A DNA stretch of 64,000 bases, filler included, from Stramenopiles sp. TOSAG23-6 (lineage: Eukaryota), in the NCBI GenBank assembly GCA_900128565.1. It is 40 parts of 40 records of this genome, joined end to end, with 100 filler letters (N's around TTAATTAATTAA, not from the genome) between each part and the next. Parts side by side here need not be neighbours in the genome. Positions count along the whole stretch, not along the records: positions 38,637 to 40,140 come from LT638959.1; positions 40,241 to 41,744 come from LT638960.1; positions 41,845 to 43,345 come from LT638961.1; positions 43,446 to 44,946 come from LT638962.1; positions 45,047 to 46,543 come from LT638963.1; positions 46,644 to 48,139 come from LT638964.1; positions 48,240 to 49,735 come from LT638965.1; positions 49,836 to 51,329 come from LT638966.1; 32 more parts are not named here. The stretch is one strand, 5' to 3'. Each line of letters starts with the position of its first letter. The stretch's first letter is position 1. The position numbers were made by a program, and so were the translations under genes. Of the stretch, positions 38,690 through 51,429 are shown piece after piece. The notes beneath the pieces were generated by a model. The model had not been told where the DNA came from. It did no database searches and saw only the letters and a list, made by a program, of their open reading frames with translations.

Positions 38690-40053
38690 ATTGACCTCTT
38701 TCTTTGTCTTCACCACACGAAATCTTTGCTGATTCTGAACATATTTTACAGTCTTTCTGACTGTTTGGAGCTACTGCTCTATCTATTGCAGGTTCGGTTG
38801 AAGTATGAGGTAAACAAGGAATGCAACGATTTCGTCTACTTTTCATGTATTCAATGTTCCCAGTACCAAGTTGGTTGATAAATTCCCTTCCTTTTCTTCT
38901 CATTATAGATGTATTTTAGAAAAATATTTCAAAATTTTTTTTACCAAAAAAAAAAAAAAAATTTGTTAGGTACAAAATTTCCTATAAAAAAAAATGTAGA
39001 CAAAAAAAATGAAAAAAAAATAAAACATACATACATCAGTGATTGATGTAATCATTGAATACACGAGTTCCTCTTGTTTTCGAATTTCATAATTGAATTG
39101 TTCATCAATCCAAAAACCAACTGGACAAACTTCATTATCACAAATTCCAGCACATAGTTGTCGGAATACATATCTATCTTCAATATCCATGTATTGTAAA
39201 AAAATATTTTTGTTTTTGTTTTTGTTTTTTTGTTAGGTACGAAATTTCGTATGAAAAAAAATATTTTTTTAGTAACAAAAAAATTGAAAAAAAAAAAAAC
39301 ATACATATTTTCAGCACAACGAAATAAATTACCCGCAAGATTACACTCAAAACTACGATGTTTTTGTTGTTTTATCGTTCGAGTATCTCTATCATAATAT
39401 GTTAATCTAGATTCCGGACAAATTGTACTTGGATCTTCATATTCTACTTTATCAACATCTAACAATTTTCTCATATAATTAAATACTTCATTTTGTATTT
39501 TTATTTTTTTGATTGCTTTTGTTCTCTCTCTACTATTTTTAGCATGATCACAACCATCTGTATGTATTTTGGAAAATATTTCAAAAAAAATCTAAAAAAA
39601 ATTGTTAGGTACAAAATTTCGTACGAAAAAACAATTCAATTTCAAATTTAAAAAAAAAAATAAAACATACATTTCTTCTCCAAAATTTTCGTAGTCCTTT
39701 AGGAACATCAACAAGTCTATTACCTTCTAAATTTAAAGATTCTAATAAGGGTAATTTATCCATAAAATCATCAGGCATTCTAAGGAGCATATTTTGACTT
39801 AAATCAAGTCGTGCATGTAATGTGAAGAAAATATTTTGTTTTTGGTTTTAAAAAAATCGTTAGGTACAAAATTTGGTACAAAAAAAAAAAAAAAAAAATT
39901 TCGAAAACATACAATTCCTTTGTGATTGTTTAAAATTTCATTCAACGTTTCCTGAAAAGACGCTAATTTTGTATCGCGATTTACAACCATTTGTTGAGCC
40001 GTCACAGTATCGTAATTATATAACCCAAGCGTACCTATTAGATTTCTACTCAG
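38690..40053 (-). CDS. LRR-containing multi-exon protein
   Basis: KGI|ARLDLSQNMLLRMPDDFMDKLPLLESLNLEGNRL. GT-AT introns 39815-39912, 39562-39670, 39189-39304 and 38909-39030 all join in frame. Confidence 0.75.
39815..39912 (-). other. GT-AT family intron (diagnostic, exon ends in TT)
   Basis: ATT|GTATG...CATTACAT|GCA restores the LRR I-x-x-L-x-L pattern. Confidence 0.8.
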
Positions 40054-40240
40054 ATGTATTTTGGAAAAATATTTTTTTTTTGAATAAAAAAATCGTTAGG
40101 TACAAAATTTCGTACGAAAAAAAAAATCGAATTTGAAAAANNNNNNNNNNNNNNNNNNNNNNNNNNNNNNNNNNNNNNNNNNNNTTAATTAATTAANNNN
40201 NNNNNNNNNNNNNNNNNNNNNNNNNNNNNNNNNNNNNNNN

Positions 40241-41520
40241 ATGTTTGCTTTTACATGATAAAAATATTTATTTATTTCAAATACTATTGACATATCGTAC
40301 AGAATATTCTGTGTACGTTTGTTTTTATTAAAATGATGAATGATGTTTGCTTTTACATGATCAAAATATTTTTTTATTTTAAATACTATTGACATATTGT
40401 ACAGAATATTGTTGGTATTTTTGTTTTTATTTAAAAGATGACTGATGTTTGTTTTTACATGATAAAAATGTTTTCTTATTTCAAATACTATTTACATATT
40501 GTACACATTATTGGCCGTATTTTTGTTTTTATTCAAACAATGAATGATGTTTGCTTTAGAATGATGAAGATGTGTATTTATTTCAAATATTATTGAAATA
40601 TTGTACACATTATTTCACATATTTTTGTTTTGATTCAAACAATGAATGATGTTTGCTTTTACATGATAAAAGTGTTTATTTATTTTGTCTTGATATATTG
40701 TACAGATTATTGTATGTATTTTTTTTTTATTCAAAAGACGAATGATGTTTGCTTTTACATGATAAAAATGTATATATATTTCAAATACTCTTGATATATT
40801 GTACAGATTATTTGCAGTATTTTTTGTTTTTATTCAAAAGATGAATGATGTTTGCTTTTGCATGATAAAAATATTTATTTATTTCAAATACTATTGGCAT
40901 ATTGTACAGATTATTTGAAGCATTTTTGTTTTTATTCAAAGATTGAATGATGCTAACTTTTACATGATAAAAATGTTTATTTATTTCAAATACTATTGAC
41001 ATATTGTACAGATTATTGATAGTATTTTTGTTTTCATTCAAAAGATGAATGATGTTTGCTTTTACATGGTAAAAAACATTATTTATTTCAAATACTATTG
41101 ACATATTGTACAGATTATTGGAAGTATTTTTGTTTTTATTCAAAAGATGAATGATGTTTGCTTTTACATTATAAAAATATTTTTTTATTTTTAATACTAT
41201 TAACATATTGTATAGATTATTAAAGGTATTTCAGTTTTCATTCAAAAGATTAATGATGTTTGCTTTTACATGATACAAATGTTTATTTATTTTGAATACT
41301 ACTGACATATTGCATAGATTCTTTTGCGTATTTTTGTTTTTATTCAAAAGATGAATGGTGTTTGCTTTAGAATGATAAAGATGTGTATTTATTTTAAATA
41401 CTATTGACATATTGTACACATTATTAAAAATATTTTTGTTTTTATTCAAAAGATGAATGATGTTTGCTTTTACATGATAAAAATGTTTATTTTTTTTTTA
41501 TATATTTAACATATTGTACA
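40241..41520. repeat. ~102-bp tandem array, about 12-13 copies
   Basis: ATGTTTGCTTTTACATGATAAAA recurs about every 102 bp. Confidence 0.92.
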
Positions 41521-42176
41521 TATTAAATACCATGTTGTCAATATTTTATAATTATTAAATGCAAAACTACTATAGTTCACATTATTTACCAAACTGTGAT
41601 TAATCCATTGTCCATTAAATATATTATTCATATCATACAATATGTCCTTCTTCTTTTATGCCGGAAAAAAACCCAAAAAATGGTAAAGCAACAATTCGCA
41701 TTCAACAAGATGACATGTATGTTTTATTTTTTTTTTTACAAAAANNNNNNNNNNNNNNNNNNNNNNNNNNNNNNNNNNNNNNNNNNNNTTAATTAATTAA
41801 NNNNNNNNNNNNNNNNNNNNNNNNNNNNNNNNNNNNNNNNNNNNTTTTTTTTCGTACGAAATTTTGTACCTAACAATTTTTTTTTTTTGAAATATTTTTT
41901 CCAATACATGTATGCTGGTCTCTGGACTGATATGGCGAAAATGTATGAGACTGTTAAAGAGTTGTAGAATGTTTTGCACTACTTGACTTGTGTGGCTTCA
42001 ACGTCATAACCCTAACCCTAACTCTACGCACGAAATTTCAGAAAATGTAGGAAAAAAAAAAATAAAAAATTCCCTTAATTTTTTAAATACTTTATTTGTA
42101 ATACACGTTTATTTTTCATATCAATGTAGTTGATTTATTTATGTTATTTAGTTGTATGACTTTTTTTCTTATAAGT

Positions 42177-43291
42177 TTATTCTTTCATGGAGACTATCGA
42201 ATATCGTAATGATAAAGCAATTATTCCAAATGTCCATGTATTTTGGAAAAATATTTCAAAAAAAAAAAAAAAAAAAAAATTTCGTATGAAAAATAAATTC
42301 GAATTTTTTTGTAAAAAAAAAAAATAAAACATACATTGAATAAAAAGTAACAAAAAACACAAACTTTCTTCTTTCATTGGTCCAAAGACACCTAATGTAT
42401 TTTGGAAAAATATTTCAAGAAAAATCTAAAAAAATTTGTTAGGTACAAAATTTTTATAAAAAATAAATTCGATTTTTTTGTAAAAAAAAAATAAAACATA
42501 CATGTATTGTGAAAAAATATTTCAAAATTTTTTTTTAATTTGTTAGGTACGAAATTTCGTACGAAAAAACAAATTAAATTAGAAATTCATATAAAACCTA
42601 CATGCAACATTGATCAGTGTCCGATTCATTTGACCAGTAGATGCACATATTGTGAAAAATTATGTTTTATAGTTTGAAATTCGTTAGATATTTTACAAAA
42701 TAAGATTTAAAAAATGTGAAATGTATGATGAGAATGATACAAAATAAGATTTTTTTTTTTTTTAAATAAAAATAAATATGAAATGTATGATGAGAATGTA
42801 CATAAGAAGGCCCACGAAGTCCTGTTTTTACATTAAATATAGGAAGTCGATGTCGAGGATTTGGGATGGCACCCGGTACCCAATTTGGAATTAATTGTGG
42901 AATTGAAATGACAAAATTCAGTAATTGAGGGATCAAAAATAAAAGTAAAGTTTTTGAAAAATGACCCATGATCCCGGTAACAGCAAATGTCATTCCTGCA
43001 AAGTAGCAGAATGTATCACCAACAAAAACCGATGCCGGGAACCAATTGTAGCGTAATATGTATTTTGGAAAAATACTTTTAAAAAAAATTATAAAAAATT
43101 TGTTAGGTACAAAATTTCGTATGAAAACCAAAAAAAACAAAAAAAGTAAAACATACATACCCGCAGTTACTGCAATGAATGGACTTATCAAAGTGGCTGA
43201 TAATAAATGATTTGCGACGTAAACAGGAGGCGAATAACCAGGAGAGCCATCTCCTTGATGACTGACTAATTCATACAAATTCATTGTAAGT
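42177..43291 (-). CDS. DPAGT1: UDP-GlcNAc:dolichol-P GlcNAc-1-P transferase, 3' exons
   Basis: [24 protein letters not shown]...[17 protein letters not shown]...[23 protein letters not shown] and LRY. Five family introns. Confidence 0.93.
42395..42601 (-). mobile_element. Two back-to-back family introns (42502-42601 and 42395-42501) with a zero-length exon
   Basis: The junction reads ...CAATACAT|GTATGTTTT. Removing both units gives GCA T|TA GGT. Confidence 0.75.
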
Positions 43292-43532
43292 ATGTATTTT
43301 GGAAAAATATTTCAAAAAAAATCTAAAAAATTTTGTTAGGTACAANNNNNNNNNNNNNNNNNNNNNNNNNNNNNNNNNNNNNNNNNNNNTTAATTAATTA
43401 ANNNNNNNNNNNNNNNNNNNNNNNNNNNNNNNNNNNNNNNNNNNNTTTGGAAAAATATTTCAAAATGTTTTTTGTTAGGTACAAAATTTCGTACGAAAAA
43501 AAAATCATACAAAAAAAAAAAATAAAACATAT

Positions 43533-44894
43533 GTCCACTAAACTGAACAATTCTTGGAAGATACTTTAATAAAGCAACTTGAACATCTTGTGGAAATCGT
43601 GCTGCTGGAAGAATTTCTTGTTTTGGTACAGATACTAATAGTGACCTTAATTCTCTCATCAACTGAAGTGGAGTAATACGAATACCATGAATTGTGAAAA
43701 AATATTTCTAGTTTTTTTTTTTTTTTTTTTTCATTGAAATATTTTTCGTGATGTAGAAAATTTCATAGTAAAAAAATGTAGATAAAAAATTCAATTTTGA
43801 AAACGTACATTCTTCCAACGAATAGGACTTGAAAACATTGCAAGAACATCAATTTGTCGACGTTCAACTGTATCTTCTGGATTACCAAGGTAAGATGTAT
43901 TTTGAAAAATATTTCAAAAAAAAACCTTAAATTTGTTAGGTACAAAATTTCGTACGAAAAAATTATTCAAATTTGAAAAATATAAAACATACGTTCTAGT
44001 TGTTTCTACGGTTTGGCATATTGCTGAAGGTAGATTTGTTACGGGTAAGCAAAGCTTTTTTTGTGTCATTGGTGATATTCTACTTGTCACAAAATGTAGT
44101 CGTTCTGGTCGATACGAAGTAGTTGGTCGATGTGATGAATTTGATGTAACATCAAAAGCATTTATGTCACTACTTCCTTTGATTTCATCATCCGTTGTAA
44201 TATTGTGTATGCTACTAAATCTATTTAGAATACGAAGTGAATTATCACGTCTTTGCATCGCCTCATTCATTTCAAGTTTAGCTAGTGCAGCTTTTGATTT
44301 TGATTTCAACTCTGCAGTTGTTTCTTCCTCCACTTTATCTTGCACAAAGATAGTATTTGTCATTGCAGATACAGTTTCTTCTCGAATATCTATCCCGGAA
44401 AACATTTTGAAAATAAGCATACATACATTTACCTCAAATGGGTGTTTAAATGCTTCTCGAGAGGATGGACACGAGTAGTAAAATCCATGTCTAATTGCCC
44501 GGGATAATGCATTAGGAAAGTATTGAAGTAAAGAGTCCTTCTCTCCTCCCAAAGCCATAACTTTATCCACCGAAATCTTCTTATATCGTTTTGTAGTTAA
44601 TCGATCCCCAGGTCTAAGATGATCACTGTGTTTATTATGTTTCCGTTTTCGGACACGAGTAGACGATGTTGAATCAATCTTGCAATTTCCCTTTTGACGT
44701 TTTTGATTGTTATTGCTGTTTTTCTGATTCAATTTTACAGATTTTGCATTTTTATTTACATCACATGATAGGCTAGATAGTGAATCCATGTGTGATATAA
44801 TACGTAAATATGAATACTGTATCTTTGATAATTGAACTTGGCATTCGGTTTCTGAATTCTTCTGGAAAAAACTAGCTTGAATAAACCAATATAG
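43533..44894 (-). CDS. CHAT-domain (caspase-like) protein exons
   Basis: DVLAMFSSP...PLQLMREL...LPAAR...ALLKYLPRIVQFSGH. Confidence 0.65.
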
Positions 44895-45048
44895 ATGTAT
44901 TTTGGAAAAATATTTCAAAAAAAAATCGTTAGGTACAAAATTTCGTNNNNNNNNNNNNNNNNNNNNNNNNNNNNNNNNNNNNNNNNNNNNTTAATTAATT
45001 AANNNNNNNNNNNNNNNNNNNNNNNNNNNNNNNNNNNNNNNNNNNNAT

Positions 45049-45759
45049 ACCAAAATTTTCAACTTTAAAGAGATCTTTGATTATTGTATCCAAAATGGAA
45101 TTCCACGTGAGGAACTTGGTATTGATCAAAATGGAAAAATCGTCAATGATGACTTTAATGTTGAATCGTATGAATCAAAATATATTGAGTACCCTGAATA
45201 TTTAAAATCTCTTAATGAAAATATTGAAAAAACAGCAAAACCAAACACGAAAAATAAAAGAAAAAATCCACCAACACCGACATCGTCTAATTCACAAGAG
45301 AATTCACAAGAGAATTCACAAGAGAATTCACAAGAGAATTCACAAAAGAGATTCAAAACAATTAGCTCATCAAACAAACCCAAAACAATTAGTTCATCAA
45401 ACAACTCAAACAAGAGGAAAATTGATGATTCACCAGATAAATCCATTCACAATAAAAGTATGAATAAAAAACAGAAATGTCGCAACATTGATAATGAATC
45501 AAAGAACACTGATCCAAATAACACTGAAATGAAATGTTCAGAATCAAAACAATCTAATGACAACAAAGAATTGAATTGTAAAATCTTGGATATACTTGGA
45601 GAAGACAATATCGATATCATCGCAATTAATAATTTGCAATCAATGTTAAATGTAACAGAAAATGAATTAAATATTTGTATCAGAAATCTTGTAATTGAAA
45701 AAAAAGTAATTTCAACTAATGGAGATGTATTTCTGACGAACCTTTATGATCAAAAATGA
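45049..45759 (+). CDS. 3' part of a hypothetical protein with a winged-helix-like C-terminus
   Basis: Open from the contig edge and in frame with the 45460 ORF. NSQE repeats. Confidence 0.5.
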   Translation, partial: TKIFNFKEIFDYCIQNGIPREELGIDQNGKIVNDDFNVESYESKYIEYPEYLKSLNENIEKTAKPNTKNKRKNPPTPTSSNSQENSQENSQENSQENSQKRFKTISSSNKPKTISSSNNSNKRKIDDSPDKSIHNKSMNKKQKCRNIDNESKNTDPNNTEMKCSESKQSNDNKELNCKILDILGEDNIDIIAINNLQSMLNVTENELNICIRNLVIEKKVISTNGDVFLTNLYDQK

Positions 45760-46676
45760 TGTTGGATGAATTATTAAAACCCGATGAATGGCGATTTATT
45801 GAAACTTGATGATAACTTGATAAAATTGGCAGTGTATTGAAATTTTGATGGCAGTGTATTGAAATTTTGATGGCAAAGTATTGAAATTTTGATGGCAAAG
45901 TATTGATACTCAACGGCGATTTATTAATTGTAAAAAACTTTTGTTGTTTTGTAGAGGTATATATAAAAATAACTACTAGTATACCTCTATATTTATAATT
46001 TGAAATCAAATCACATGTGAAGATTTAAGGACAATATTTATATATAATTTATTATAAACAAATACTCTCTTTTTAGATACTCAGTTAAACACCCGTGAAC
46101 TCTGCTCGTTAGAAACAACAATTGCGTTGCTATTGTATGACTTCCTGTCAAACTCTCGTTCANNNNNNNNNNNNNNNNNNNNNNNNNNNNNNNNNNNNNN
46201 NNNNNNNNNNNNNNNNNNNNNNNNNNNNNNNNNNNNNNNNNNNNNNNNNNNNNNNNNNNTCATTGTTGTGGTGTTAAGCATCAAATGATATCGTATACCA
46301 CCAGCCTCCCGTAATTGGCTAGGCCCAGCTACTTTGTATTTGATATCCTTACAAGTGGTAGATTCGCAATTGCTACCACAATCATCTGGTGGGGATGCAA
46401 CGAGCAGTTGAGAACATCCAAGCTTATCCATCTCAATTTCGTCTTCTTCTAGCACTCAATTTTGAATTTTCTATGAGGAACAATATCTTTCTACTTTGTA
46501 ATCGTAGAGCCAATATCTTTCTATAGAGCCGAGCGGTTAAAATNNNNNNNNNNNNNNNNNNNNNNNNNNNNNNNNNNNNNNNNNNNNTTAATTAATTAAN
46601 NNNNNNNNNNNNNNNNNNNNNNNNNNNNNNNNNNNNNNNNNNNATTTATTCAATAAACTCCCGCATATCAAAATGC

Positions 46677-48139
46677 TTATGACGGGTCAAATGTAACATT
46701 TGGTGGAATTCTACTAGGAGCCACTATTCTTCGTTTAGGTCTGGCATATCGGATTTTGAATTTGTAACCACCTAAATTAATATTCGCATCAATTGCCTTG
46801 ATTGCAGATGACGAGTCTGAAAATGTGATAAATGCATAATTTCTTCCTGAAGTATTTATGTGATGTACATTTTCGATATTACCAAAATTTAAAAACATTT
46901 TGCGTAACAAAGTGTATTCAATATCGATCTTTATCGAAAGATTTCTTTCGCTTCCGCTTGCCATGGGATACATGCAAAGTGTCTGTTTTAAGTTTTGTAT
47001 TTGGATTGATATTTTCTACATTATCCAATGATACATTACATCTAGGTTGACTTCTGGGAAGAGTATATGGGATATAAAAACTACCAACAGGACAACCAGC
47101 ACCACCAGCATGGTTATTTCGTCTAAAATTTTGTCTATCAGTAAGATTAGAATGACACTTCTTTCGATTAGGATTAATTGGAAACTTAATTTCTCCAACA
47201 GTAGGGTCAATTGGAAACTTAATTTCTCCAACATTAAGGTTATTTTCTTTACGATATTCTCCAACATTTCTAGTTTCAACAGTATTTGATTTAGTATTTG
47301 ATGTAGCGAAAGAAGTCGTATTTGGTTCTTCCGTTACTTTCAATATATCTATGACCGGGGCATCTATGTTATGATATTGAGTTTTTTCTTTCAATTCATC
47401 TATAACTGGAGCATCTATATTATGATATTGAGATGTTTCTTTGTTTAAACTATCGGATGAATTTGTTTTGTTGCAATTGTCGGATGAGCTATTTGAGACA
47501 AATATAGCAGCAGAGATGTCAGAAGTGGAACCTACAACGTTTTGTTGAAGCTCATCATCATATTCAGATATGGTATCAGAATCAGATGAATTCGATCCAC
47601 AGTCGATGTGTATTACCTCGTTGTCAGTAGCTTTTGTGTATTTCATACTTTTTGTGTTGTTTACATTAGATATAGCTTCAGAATTAGATATGGCTTCAGC
47701 ATTTTTTGTGTATTTCATACTTTTTGTGTTCTTAGATGTGGCTTCAGAATTAGATATGGCTACAGAATTAGATATGGCTTCAGAATTAGATATGGCATCA
47801 GAATTAGATATTGGTGTACTTCTTGTAGGTACAATATCATCTTCCATTGGCTCATCCTTTGTATGCAATATGTCATTTGTTAGACATTGGCTTAATAATT
47901 GAACTACCTTCTCCTTCAAATCTTTCAAGTCTTTTTGCGTATTAAAATATAGCTTCTTGTACCCCTCACAAGACTCTGTAACTTCCATTATCTTCTCTTC
48001 CGTTTGCTTTCTCACTTCATCAAGAGTATGATCAAAAAACTTTTTCATTTCTTCATTTTTTTGTTCTTCTGATATTCTTTTCCCAGTTTCATACTCACTT
48101 AAATGGTTATTCAAAGTATCCATCGATTCATTCAGAGAA
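46677..48139 (-). CDS. Coiled-coil + repeats + RRM protein, with the RRM in the +1 frame
   Basis: A 401-aa ORF overlaps a 98-aa RRM ORF (LRKMFLNFGNI, RNYAFITF). Confidence 0.55.
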
Positions 48140-48465
48140 NNNNNNNNNNNNNNNNNNNNNNNNNNNNNNNNNNNNNNNNNNNNTTAATTAATTAANNNNN
48201 NNNNNNNNNNNNNNNNNNNNNNNNNNNNNNNNNNNNNNNAAAAATTGGGCAAAATTTTTTTTTTTTTTTTTTTTTTTTTCAAATGTTGGCTTGGCTAGTA
48301 TTTATTATAGTCAGTGTATCGTCGTCAAGTCAGTCAGTTTTTTTGTGGTCAATGGCTGGCATTTTTCTTCTTTTTTTTTTAATTAGGCCTCTCTTAGTCT
48401 TAGGCCATTTTATTCTTTATCCAAAGAGAACAATTTTAATATTACAGCTACAAAAACAGTAGCGC

Positions 48466-48501
<36 letters not shown>

Positions 48502-48609
48502 CAGTACGAGTAAAGTTTTACATTTAAATTGTTCGTATAAAGAGTTGTAGGAGGAGCTATTTCAATTCATTCAAAGTGTACGGTTCATTAAACAACGTAT
48601 TCGTTAGGA

Positions 48610-49639
48610 ATGACGTGTGAGGCACCAAGACCTTCTAAACGACTTAAAAGTACAACACATACTCAAACTACAGATACAATATATAATTGTACAAAGGCAC
48701 CACATGATACAGGTGATGTTTCATGTCTTTCTAATGTTGTACAACAAGATAGAAGTTGTACAAAAACAAAAGACATGTATAAAAGTGAAAATGACAAAAA
48801 TGACGAGAATAACACGTTTGAAAGTCATGGAAAAAACGTTTCTACAACATTCATGATGACCAAGGAACACAAACAGAAGTCACAATCTAGTATACAACAT
48901 ACAGATACATCTGTAGTTACGAGCAGTACAATGAATACTAAAAATGATTCTATACAAAACTCGTTTGATTGTCTTCAAAAGCGAAATGAAGTCAACCCTA
49001 ACCCTAATTGTCTTCTTGAGGGAAATGAAGTCGATCTTTCTACTACCCCTACTACCTCTACTACCTCTACAACAAATTGTACAAAACATTCAAAATATAT
49101 TTCTTTACCATTGTATAATACTATACAAAACAATCAATTCAATGTTACACAAAGAAATCAAAGAAATCAAAAAAATTCTAAAAATTCTAAAAATTCTGAA
49201 AATTCTGAAAATTCTGAAAATTCTAAATCCCAAAAAAAACGAAAAAAAAATATTTTGGTTCCAGAAATGTTTAATTTTGAAAATCCTGGTAAAATTAGGT
49301 CAAGAGTGGATCGAACATCATCAATGCTTACTCAAAAAGTTCTATCGAAAATGTCGTCAAAAAATTCATTGTATGTTTTTTTTTTTTTTTTTGTTTTNNN
49401 NNNNNNNNNNNNNNNNNNNNNAAAATTTGTATGAAAAAAAAAAAAAATTTTTTTTTTTTTTTTTTTTTTAATGTTTTGATATGAAAATTTTGTATCTAAT
49501 AATTTTTTATTTTGAATTTTTTTTATTGTACATGTTTTCAAACGTTTCAAATGTTGTAACAAAAATGTTTTCCATATTTGAGTCTGACGTCATTCAACAA
49601 CTTAATTTAAAGGCAATTTATAGCATTCAACAGAGACAG
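48610..49639 (+). CDS. Low-complexity hypothetical protein, two exons
   Basis: TT|GTATG...TGTACAT|G join (the intron contains a gap). The next intron is CAG|GT...TAG. Confidence 0.5.
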
Positions 49640-49835
49640 GTTTGTTTTCAGTATGAATTTTTGAATTTTTGAATTTCAATTTTTTTTGATTTCTTTGATT
49701 TCTTTGTGTAACATTGAATTGATTGTTTTGTATAGNNNNNNNNNNNNNNNNNNNNNNNNNNNNNNNNNNNNNNNNNNNNTTAATTAATTAANNNNNNNNN
49801 NNNNNNNNNNNNNNNNNNNNNNNNNNNNNNNNNNN

Positions 49836-51230
49836 TTTCTTGTTTTCAAAAATACCACATCTATAAAACAATCGACCTCTATTAATATCTTTTTTTTTCG
49901 ACAAAGGTTTAACTAAAACTCGAGCAGCATATCCACACCAACATTTCGGTGCATTCTTTTCTGCTTCAGCGATTTCTACTTCCGTATTATTTTTTTTCAA
50001 TGTAAGAATATGTTTTTGAATTGGAGATTTTGAACGATTTCTGCATTTCTTTTTCATAGTTGTAGAGTTTCTTGTTTCGATATTTCTTTTTAAAAGATTA
50101 TTATTATGAGTCGTTGTCACTTTGGGAGATAAAGTCTTTACATAAAATGGAACAAAAGATAAACTTATTAATAAAAAGCCTGGTAAATATGATAGTGATG
50201 ACCAATGTCGAAGCAAAATGAAATACAGTGATATTATCATTACAACACATAATAACACTATCATTGATGTGAACATATTATTCGTTACTACTATAACATA
50301 TGGTTCTAACGGCTGCCATATCGGGAAACGTTTCACCATATAAGTACCTTCTAAGGTATAACCACGCTTACGATAATATTCTCGGGTACCGACACCAGCA
50401 ATTACAGAAATTCCTTTGAATCCAGCTGCAATGGCTTCTTTTTCGGCAGCCCGCATTAACCGTTTTCCAAATCCGGAATGTTGGGTCTCCAAATTACTAT
50501 TCTTTTCTATTACTGAATTACTAACATTACGGGTTTTACTACCTTTCTTTCTCACTTCGCGAACTTGACCGTACATGTACAAGGAAAAAATATGTCAAAT
50601 TCGAAAATTTGTTAGGTACAGAATTTGGTAAAAACAAATTGAAATTGAAATGAATGTTAAAAACATACACATGCAATTCACGAACAAGTGCTGTGTGTGC
50701 GATCTCTGGAAATACATGAGTAGAACCAAATGGTTGACTCTTACGCCATATTACATCATTGATTTTTCTATTTTCTGCAGCATCTTTTGCCTCTTTCAAT
50801 CGAGGTTTTGAGTTCTGTTTAGCAGCTATTGATGGTCGTAATGAATTTTCCTCCCAATTTAATGGAATTCCGGCATTTTGGCTTAATCGAAGTCGAAGAA
50901 ATCCAAATATTACCTCATCATTAGGGGGACCTTTTGATTCATAGGAAAGGAATATTTCACGACCACCGGATGATTTATATTCCCGACGGACTAAAACCGC
51001 ATGTAGTTTGGAAAAATATTTCAAAAAAAAATACTTAGGTACAAAATTTCGTACGAAAAAAAAATCGAATTAAAAAAAATAAAACATACATTATCCACTG
51101 ACCATTCAGGTTTTTCATTGTTACGATTTCTAATTTCACGACATCGAATACAACGACAACGTTCTCCCCGTCTTATTAGTTCCTTTTGTATAGTTTGTCG
51201 AAGATTTGTGGTTGAATTCCCACCCATGAT
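49836..51230 (-). CDS. ELP3: Elp3-like acetyltransferase C-terminal half with TM helices and a zf-GRF-like motif (copy 1)
   Basis: [52 protein letters not shown] and [19 protein letters not shown] introns 51001-51089 and 50575-50668. Confidence 0.9.
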
Positions 51231-51429
51231 ATGCATTGTGAAAAAGTATTTCAAAAAAAATAAATTGTTAGGTACAAAATTTCGTACGAAAAAAAATAAA
51301 TTCGAAATTGAAAAAAAAATAAAACATACNNNNNNNNNNNNNNNNNNNNNNNNNNNNNNNNNNNNNNNNNNNNTTAATTAATTAANNNNNNNNNNNNNNN
51401 NNNNNNNNNNNNNNNNNNNNNNNNNNNNN

